A stretch of 63,202 nucleotides of DNA, filler included, from Octopus bimaculoides (taxonomy: Eukaryota): assembly GCF_001194135.2 (NCBI RefSeq). It is 6 parts of 6 records of this genome, joined end to end, with 100 filler letters (N's around TTAATTAATTAA, not from the genome) between each part and the next. Parts side by side here need not be neighbours in the genome. Positions count along the whole stretch, not along the records: positions 48,903 to 54,647 come from NC_068984.1; positions 54,748 to 63,202 come from NC_068985.1; 4 more parts are not named here. The stretch is one strand, 5' to 3'. Shown one piece after another: positions 53,743-63,202 of the stretch. Both the position numbers and the translations under genes were made by a program. Each line of letters begins with the position of its first letter. Position 1 is the first letter of the stretch. The notes under the pieces were generated by a model. That model was not told the origin of the DNA. It saw only the letters and a program-made list of their open reading frames with translations, and did not search any database.

Positions 53743-54747
53743 AACACATGCACATATGTATACCTGTGAGTGCATTCATGTATAAGTGACACATATGTGT
53801 GTGTGTATGTGTGGGTTTGCACGCGTGCATTTTATAAAAAGTCATCTAACAAATTGCTACATTAGTTTATAATGAATGTTCTGCATCCATTTTTCTCATA
53901 TCTACATCATGCAATGTTTACTTAATATACAATACATTATGTATGTCAGTCTTAATAGAAATTTCGTGATTGCTTTTGTACTTCTTAATGGTCTTATATA
54001 TATATATAGGCTTACAGATAGCACGTGCGCGCGCACACACACGCAGACACACGCACGCGCATGTACATTTGTATGTATACACATACGTCTATATATGTAC
54101 GCATGTATTTATGTTACTTTGATTCTACTTTTGCATTTCCTAACCTTTGTCTTAGCCAGATGGCCTAAAAGCGTACAAGTAGTTACGTAAACCACACGAT
54201 TCTAGTATCGTACAGCCTGTACGGCACTAATTACAAATGCCTCGTACCATTCATGGATGTGAAAGTAGTGGAGAGAAATTGTGTGGGAACTCGAAGTAAT
54301 GGCTAATGAAATTTTCAGTAAACAATAAATATGTTAAAACTTTGCATTACTTATTAAATACTCTGTTCTTTTTTTTTATCGTTCTTGCTCGTGCAAATCT
54401 TTGGTTCACGAGCGCATGCGCACAAACACGCATGTGATTTTAAGCGTATTAAATATATACGTATTTATGGGTATAATATTGTTAATTCTTTTTATTATAG
54501 CTTCCACGCAACTGTTTTGTATTTTCTGCATAGTCAAACATTTTGAACTGTATGGAGAATTATTCTACACTTAACAGTCACATGTATATATATATATGCA
54601 AATATAAGTGTGAGTATGTATGTGTATGTATATATATATATATATATNNNNNNNNNNNNNNNNNNNNNNNNNNNNNNNNNNNNNNNNNNNNTTAATTAAT
54701 TAANNNNNNNNNNNNNNNNNNNNNNNNNNNNNNNNNNNNNNNNNNNN

Positions 54748-54793
<46 letters not shown>

Positions 54794-54874
54794 CTGGTTC
54801 CACAAGAAAATCATCAAGAGTACAATATATAAAGTAATTAGGAATAGGAAGGGTATCCAGCCTCAGAAACTCAC

Positions 54875-54963
54875 CTGAATGCCACATGAGAGCTTCTGTC
54901 TGTGAGGGGAGCTGTGGCTCTTAAAAAGAACAGATTTGGATTGTAGAGACATGTCCAATCCAG
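54875..54963 (-). CDS. Candidate internal exon of an unidentified second gene
   Basis: ttttccaag acceptor, strong CAG|GTGAGT donor, 89 nt, open in two frames (e.g. GLDMSLQSKSVLFKSHSSPHRQKLSCGIQ); no recognisable homology. Confidence 0.2.
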
Positions 54964-55000
54964 CTTGGAAAACAGTAGTTATTAAATGAAAGTAAGTGAG

Positions 55001-55031
<31 letters not shown>

Positions 55032-55044
55032 TTCATATTTGCTG

Positions 55045-55221
55045 ATATCAAAACAGGAGATTCGAAAATTCTTCATTTGATTCTCCGTCTCTAGAATTTC
55101 TAATAAGAGATATCGTACATGTTTTCTACAACATGTGCAATTTTGTAACACCTGTTAGCAAATGAAACACATGTAATGGTAAAATGATACCAAAAAATTT
55201 CCCAATCTCCTGTTTTGATAT
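55045..55221. mobile_element. MITE-like element with 18-bp perfect inverted repeat
   Basis: ATATCAAAACAGGAGATT (55045-55062) and AATCTCCTGTTTTGATAT (55204-55221). Confidence 0.55.
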
Positions 55222-57019
55222 TATTACTCTGCACAAAATATTTTCCAGTATTTTCAACTCTTATGAAAACAAATATAACATCTTTATAAGGATTTGGAAT
55301 ACTGAAACAAGCAGACGTGCTTCAAGATGACACAGTTCAGATTTTAACCCTGGCTACATAATATATGTTCATATATACATATATATCAATAGACATAAAT
55401 AAATATATCTACACTCACATATATATATATATCCTTTTTCTCTTTTTAATTATTCTTTTATTCTTTTATTTGTTTTAGTCATTTGACTGTGACCATGCTG
55501 GAGCACTGCCTTTAGTAGAACAAATTGACCCCAGGACTTATTCTGTGTAAAAGCCTAGTACTTATTCTATCAGTCTCTTTTGCTGAACTGCTAAGTTATG
55601 GGGATATAAACACACCGACATCGGTTGTCAAGCGATGGTGGGGGGGAAATACAGACACACAAGTACACACACACATATATACAATGAGCATCTTTCAGTT
55701 TCCATCTACTAAGGATTTGGTCAGGCCGAGGCTAAAGTAGAAGACACTTGTGCAAGGTGCCACACAGCAAGACTGAACCTAGAACCATGTGGTTGGTAAG
55801 CAAGCTTTTTACCACATAACCACGCCTGCTAAGTCGCTGAAGACCAAACTAAATGGTAGATGCAAAATCCTATGTATTAGAAGCAAACTTTTATATATTT
55901 CTATGGCTTTCATCCCTTCCCATAAGAAGTTATGAACTTACTGCTATAAACAACAAATATGATTAGTGTCCACAGCTAAAGCCATTCTTCCACCATGTAT
56001 AAAAGCATGGTTAAAACAACAGAATGGAGTCAACAACAGCTGAAAGAAAATCATGGCATCCATAGATTAGGTATGGACCTCTTGATCTGTGGTAACAGCC
56101 AGGTGGGCCTATATCCCCATGACAACATCGTTTATAATTCATTTTAAACTTACAGGTAGACCATGATTTATCTAAAGTACCTTTAGCACAATAAACACTA
56201 AAACCATCCTAAAAATTCAAAGACATGCTGATTTCACATCCAGTAACATAAATTCTTGCCCCAAAATGAAGATTGAAAAATCAGAACAAACTCAGCACTG
56301 CACAATCTCTAGACTAGTAGACTAGCAGACAGCCAATATCCTGTCTGTTAGATAATTAAAGCAATAAAAAATATAACCTTACTGACCCAAGAGTAATAAA
56401 ATTTATTAAGCAGGACAAGCAACATTCCGAAAGCATTTTATCACTGAGAGACACTACAGGAAGAAATGAAATCAATGATATATTATTAATGCACATAGGG
56501 AATATCTAAAGGTAGTTCACTTGTCATTGATTGCAGTCAGTTATTTTATGTATCCAGAGCTGGTTCCAACTTTCCAAAAATAGCAGGAGAGAATATAAAT
56601 CATAAGATACTATTTATTAAGTCATTTTAAAATATATGAATGAGAGAGAAATGTTTACTGAAACCAAAAGAAGAAGAAGAAGAAAAAAAAATCTCGTCTT
56701 TTTCTTTTGCTTGGCACACACACACACACACACACACATGCACGCACACACACACACATCTTTATATATTAATGTGTGTGTGCTTGTGTGTGAGCATGTA
56801 TACATGTACACGTTTGTATATACAAACGTATACATAAATATATACCCATATGTGTGTGCGTTATTTACACTTTATTTTACATCTGAAATACAGCATCAAA
56901 TTGAATTGAGTATAAGTACATATATACCCGTTTATATTTGCACACATATCTAAACACTCACACACACACACATAAACACATAACTATATATATATACACT
57001 CAAGCTCACACATGCACGT

Positions 57020-57068
<49 letters not shown>

Positions 57069-57399
57069 TTTTGTTGTTGTTCAATTAGGAGTTTCTGCTA
57101 ACTGACAAAACATAAATGTCGTGTACTACTTATAGATCAAGGGCTTAGTATTCAGCCTTAGACCCCAGATTTTCAAGCTTAGAGAGATGAACAGCTCCCT
57201 ATATACATACACATACAAGACTAAAGTGTCTTATAGTTGCTATCGTTGCTTAGCCCCTGGTTAAACCTGGTTAAGCAAACCTTTGATCCAGGAGTAAGAA
57301 TCTTGTGTTGCTTTCAGATATGGTCATATTTTGTTTTATCCATCATAGCAAAAACCTTGTGTGTGTGTGTGTGTAAGTACACATATATATGAATGTGTG

Positions 57400-57473
<74 letters not shown>

Positions 57474-57718
57474 CATGCATATACACACATATATATGCAT
57501 ATAAATATACACATACATAAATATATACATACATATATATATATATACATAGCATTTATATATATATTCATATATATACATATATATACACATACATATA
57601 TATATAAATATAATTATGCATGCATATACACCTATATATATATATATATATACGACGATATACATATAAATATACACATACATATATATGTGTGTGTGTG
57701 TATGTGTGTATATATATG

Positions 57719-57749
<31 letters not shown>

Positions 57750-58139
57750 TTTTCTGGAATATAAAAGTATTACAAAAGAGACTCTTCTTGACAATGAACT
57801 GATCTTCCCCCTACCACCACCGCCATCACCACCACTGCTGATAACAAAGTTTCTCAAGATATGTGTTTGGTTTAAGTGTCTTTGAAAAAAGCCAACAGGA
57901 TGTGCTAAACTTTGGTAATATTTGGAATAGTAAACATTGTTCTGTTTACATCATAAATTTTCTATGAAGTTGTCTTTAGATTTAGTTATTGCACCACACC
58001 TGTAGAAAAGCAAAGCAGAGAGAATGAGAGAGAGAGGAGAAGAGAGAGAAAGAAAGAGAGAAGGATGGTTGAGTAGAGGAAAAGAGAACGTGTGTGTCTA
58101 TATAAATATATATATATTTATTTATTTATTTATTTATTT

Positions 58140-58925
58140 ATTTATGGGTTTCAGCCAAGTGGCTGTGGTCATGCTGGAGCACCACCGTGATTTTCTGTCT
58201 TTATGCTTTGTTCTCTTCACGTTCCTTGCATGGCTCTTCTCCTGCACCTGATAGAGTCCAATCAAGAGTTTTGATGGCACATCTGGTGTATAAGAGAATT
58301 TGACATTGCTGCCCTAAACTGTGTCTNNNNNNNNNNNNNNNNNNNNNNNNNNNNNNNNNNNNNNNNNNNNNNNNNNNNNNNNNNNNNNNNNNNNNNNNNN
58401 NNNNNNNNNNNNNNNNNNNNNNNNNNNNNNNNNNNNNNNNNNNNNNNNNNNNNNNNNNNNNNNNNNNNNNNNNNNNNNNNNNNNNNNNNNNNNNNNNNNN
58501 NNNNNNNNNNNNNNNNNNNNNNNNNNNNNNNNNNNNNNNNNNNNNNNNNNNNNNNNNNNNNNNNNNNNNNNNNNNNNNNNNNNNNNNNNNNNNNNNNNNN
58601 NNNNNNNNNNNNNNNNNNNNNNNNNNNNNNNNNNNNNNNNNNNNNNNNNGTATCTTGTTCTTATGTGAGATGCAGTGGACGGCACCTTTGGCACCATGCA
58701 GTGGCGACCCATGTGGGCATTCCTGTAGTACTTGATGCCAAAGTTTGGCACCAGTCCTTCCAGTATTTTCCATATGTAAATTATTACATATCTCTTCCGC
58801 CTGCATTCCAGGGAGTAGAGACCTAGTGCCTGCAGTCGCTCCCTGTAGTTTATCTGCTGGACTGTGGCGATCTTTTTTGTATAGTGCCTCTGAATTGCCT
58901 CGAGTTCTGCTGTCTGTTTGACACT
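58140..58925 (-). mobile_element. CR1/L2-like LINE C-terminus and tail (gap inside)
   Basis: ELEAIQRHYTKKI..NYRERLQALGLYSLECRRKRYVIIYIWKILEGLVPN. Confidence 0.88.
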
Positions 58926-59864
58926 GTGTGTCAATATATATATACATATACTAACATGCACACACACACACACACATGGAAAATGAGAATGAGAGAGAAA
59001 GAGTAAGAAATGGAAAAGTAAGAGAAAGACAGAAACAAAAAGACAAGTGGAAGAAAATCTTCATCCTCCTCCTCCCCCTCATCTTCATCATCATCATCAT
59101 TTAAAGTTCATATTCTGTGCAGCCAATGGATGATGAGCCAGGATCTGATGGGACCAATTTCTGCATCAGACTCCCGTACTCCCCTTTGCCTGGCTGGATG
59201 CCTTTCCTAATGCTAACCCCTTTACAGACTCCACTGGGAGCTGTTATTATGACATTAGCTCATGTGAGATAGCCACTGACCCTGTAAGACTAAGATATCC
59301 TTTCAGGGAGTTGGGAAGGAAATGGCTTTATGCAAAAGGATGAAGGATTTTAAGTATGAGAGAAGAGACCTGCACAGAATGGGTTTCTCACAGTTCGGAA
59401 GCTTAATGGTCGCTCATATTATAGAAGAAAGGGTGGGAGTGTCCAGGGTGGAGCTGAAAAAAAAAAGACAAAAACCATGGTGATGAGGTGTCTGGGTGGA
59501 CATTCAAGGTACAGGATGAGTGGAAGAGAGTGGAGAGAGGAGAATTGAGAGTGTAAGTGGGTGGAGGGTACAAGGATAAGGAAGAGTAAAAGGTGGGAAA
59601 TGGATGAGGGGGAATATAAAGAAGAACAAATGTTGAAAGATAAGTGTGGATGGTAGGGAAGAGTAGGTGACAACTGTAGAAACTAACTGAAGATGAAGGG
59701 TGAATATAGTGAATGGTAGATCAGGTGGTGGCCCCAATGATATGGATGAATTGGGGGTGGATAGACAGCAGAGAGTAGATGTTGACAGATAGTGCAGCAA
59801 AAGGGTGTGGGTGAAAGGCAAAAGAACTCTAGTAGACAAGGGAAAGAATGCATATATTTACATA

Positions 59865-60645
59865 CAGGGTACAGTGAATAAACTGTTGTCTAAATTACGC
59901 AAAAATGAAAATAACACTGACATCTCATTTTAACGGATATATTTACCAAAATTACATTAAAATATCTTGAAATACTAAGCAGTACATTTATTCAATAAAA
60001 TTGCCATAGGCTTCAACCATGGCCTCCAGACAACTTTGGAATCTCCTCAACTCTTTTGGATGGTCTCCTTGTTTCAGTTGGTGAATGCTGCCATAATCCT
60101 TGCCTTCAGTTCATCTTTCGTGTTACAACTGTACCACACGCATACTAATCAAGGGGGTTGCAGTCTGGGGAGTTAGGTGGCCAGATATTAGGGGTGATGT
60201 GGTTGCAGAAATTATCTGACAGCCACGACTGGGTTCTCCTGCTTGTGTAGCATGGTGCAGAGTCCTGTTACCAGACATAAGGTCTTCCAGAAGCTACCCT
60301 CTTGACCCAGGGCAGCACTACCTTCTCTGAGCACTTGATGTAGTCTTCTGTGTTCAGTCTGATGCTGTGTAGGAAGATGAATGGAGGCATAACATCACCA
60401 TTACTAGGGATCACTCCAAATACTGGATGTTTCATTTTTATCTCTCTCAGTACTTGTCCTCAAATTGACAGCCAAACACTTTGAAATGTTCGTAATGGAG
60501 CTTCTGGTGTAAATGCCAAGCAGTAAAGCATGTCGTTTCCAAATCAAATTTCTGGCAGAGTGAATTGTGTCATGGTGCAGTTTTTCTCACAGATACTGCC
60601 CAACTGGCCCTTCTATACTGTGCAGCCAACAAAATCAAAAACAAT
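59865..60645 (-). mobile_element. Second copy of the same maT-like transposon
   Basis: Colinear with 6052-6870; TA+CAGGGT terminus. Confidence 0.85.
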
Positions 60646-63202
60646 ATATATATACAGATTGATAATTAATAATATCAAGGGTAATAAGAAATATTAGAAA
60701 TTTCTACTATCAGTGGCTTAGCATGTAAAAATGTATAAGCATGGGGCATATACTGGATTGCCTTGTGTATATATGTTTAATCTGGGTGTATCTGCTGAAG
60801 AAGACTTCGCCTGGCAAATTATTTTATTTGCTAAAATAAGTCAGAAACCATAGTCTAGGAGCTAGATGGTAAATGTTTTATTTTTCATTCCCTTTGAAGT
60901 TTTATCCCTAATAGTGGTTTGGAACTTAGCTGTTCTTTCTAGTATGCAAGGAATCCTATGATGGATACCTCTTATGTGTTTAAAGACACACTGTATTTAT
61001 ACAGATTGATAGATAGATAGATAGATAGATATATAGATAGATATATATATATATATATAGATAGATAGATAAATAGATAGATTAATAGTTAGATAGCAAA
61101 AGAAAAAGTAAGGAATAGGGAAAGATAGAGAGGAAGTGATAGAGCAAAAGAGAAGTTGGTTGTGTTTATGTATAAATAAGAGAAACACAAAAGTGCTTTG
61201 CTCTCCGACCCCCACCCTCACTCCACACTTGTCCACCTCCACCTCAGGAAAAGAATTCAGTTAGAAAAGTAAGCAGTGACTGTGTGATGGAGAGTCTAGT
61301 CTGGTTGATTTAATTTGGTCTTTTGTGGAGTAAATTATTGAAAAAATATTGATAAATATGATCAGAGCTGAAGACACGAATCGGAGAGATTTACTTTGTT
61401 GACGTTTTGTGGGTGACAAACAGCAGGAGTTTTAATATCACTTGTACACATACAGACACACACACATACAGACACACACACACATACAGACACACACACA
61501 TACAGACACACACACACATACAGACACACACATATATAACATAGATATATACATATATACACACAAAACATATCCATGCATAGATAACATTTACATACAT
61601 GTGTACACACAACACATATACATACAAAATATATGCAAACATATACATGCATACAAAGTATTTACATACATATAACATATACACATGCATACATACAATA
61701 CATACAAGACATATACATACAAACACACATTCATACCCACATGGCTGTGAGATAAAGAAGTTCATTTCCTAACCATGTGGTTTTGGGTTCAATCCCAATG
61801 TCTGGAGTCTTGAGCATTTTCACCATTTCTTCCCTTTCACTCTCCTCTCTCTCTCTCCACCCAAGGAAGTCCTGTCGCTCTTCTAATGTAAGACATCTAT
61901 TTCTATCCCTCAAGTCAATACTCTAACTTCTCATCACCTGGCACAAAACCAGACTCCCTCAATACTACTCTCCCCTCACGTGAGGGTTTTGTTTTGTATG
62001 TTTTTTTATGACCCAGCTGGCACTGGTGCCATGTAAGAAGCACCCATGCTGGTGCCATGTAAAAAGCACCCAGTACACTCTGTAAAATGGTTGGCATTAG
62101 AATGGGGCATCCAGTCAGAGAAACCATGCCAAAACTGTCTTTTGATTGGCTAGTTCCTGTCAACCTCTCCAACCCATGCCAGCATGGAAAATGAACGTTA
62201 AATGATGAAGATTATAATGATAATTATGATGTATATATTAATACTTATTAATGCCTTGGTGGATTTGGTAGATGGAAACTGACTGAAGCCTATTTTGAAT
62301 AGATGTATACACAAACTTGTGTGTGTGAATATAACTAATTTGTGTCTCCTTATCTGGACATCTTGTGACAGCTGTAAGCGAGTGTCACTGTCATTCATTT
62401 CTCTGATATTCTTCCAAAAATATAGCTAGGCATGGATGGCATAAAAACCTTCCTTGGAAACAGATGAGGGTTGGCAACAGCAAGGACATCTGGCTCTAGA
62501 AACTCTACTTTAATATACTCTGTCTGACCAATGCAAGCATGAAAGATGGGGGACATTAAAATGTTGATGCTGATGATGATAATGTATACAAACGCAAACA
62601 AGAACATATATTCACCTGTCAACACCCCCACCCCTTGATATTATATATGAAATCTATTGGAAGGTCAATCAAATGGAAACTTGACAGTCTTATATGTCAA
62701 AAGTTTGTGCTCAAAACGAATTATGATTATTGCAAGTCCACAAAATTTAATTATAAATTTATAGATGTTATCAGTTCAGATATATTGGCTGGTTACATAT
62801 TTTCCACCATACTTATCTTCAGTTTTCTACTTGCGCACACCAAATACCTCTCATTTCTTTCTAGCATAAATATATATACATCACTCCTTTATTCTAAGTG
62901 TGTGTGTGTATATGTCTATAAACATACATATGCATACATACACACATATGCACACATACGTATATATGATATATATATAAATAATATTTATATGAATTAT
63001 ACATACGTATAATATATATATATATATATATGCATAGTATATAAATATACATAATATCTACATATATCAGTCTACAGTGATGTGTAAACATTCATATACT
63101 TTATATCTCTTGTGACCTCCAATTTTGGAAATAATATTTTTACTTGAAAACACAAAAGAAATTTCATTTGGGTGAAATTTATCTGAGAGACAGAAATATA
63201 TA

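Noticed and set aside
31093-54703. Five identical TTAATTAATTAA islands
   Set aside because: Each is centred in an N block and has stops in six frames: a scaffolding linker, not biology.
55942-56039. 98-nt segment with strong minus-strand splice sites
   Set aside because: Stops in all three frames; at most a non-coding exon, with no other support.
4689-58973. Long ORFs containing X runs or poly-Y/I, C/V, H/T, L, D, M tracts
   Set aside because: They arise from N gaps and microsatellites and carry no domain signal.

Overview
Repeat-dense, gap-rich eukaryotic (animal) DNA. The SINE families, microsatellite load and 100-nt N/TTAATTAATTAA/N scaffold linkers suggest a cephalopod (Octopus-like) draft assembly; this is an inference. 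No prokaryotic operon, rRNA, tRNA gene or CRISPR array is supported. One host gene is visible, on the minus strand: a signal peptide + LRRNT exon (28534-28335), three paralogous 72-nt phase-2 LRR exons (16331-16260, 12856-12785, 2575-2504) and two frameshifted LRRCT-like exons (12345-12216, 2165-2040). The LRR exons sit in duplicated exon+intron cassettes next to Helitron fragments and differ almost only by amino-acid-changing substitutions. The rest is TE debris (Helitron, Penelope-like, Tc1/mariner, hAT, CR1-like, RTE, L1/Tx1, SINEs, MITEs) and simple repeats. Other leads: a perfect 36-bp fold-back inside a Helitron, a minimal hammerhead-like motif, a duplicated TATA/CRE-AP1/CCAAT module upstream of the LRR gene, and a switch to CpG-decayed DNA in the last ~8.5 kb. 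Most long ORFs in the track are N-gap or microsatellite artefacts. All alignments and counts were done by eye.
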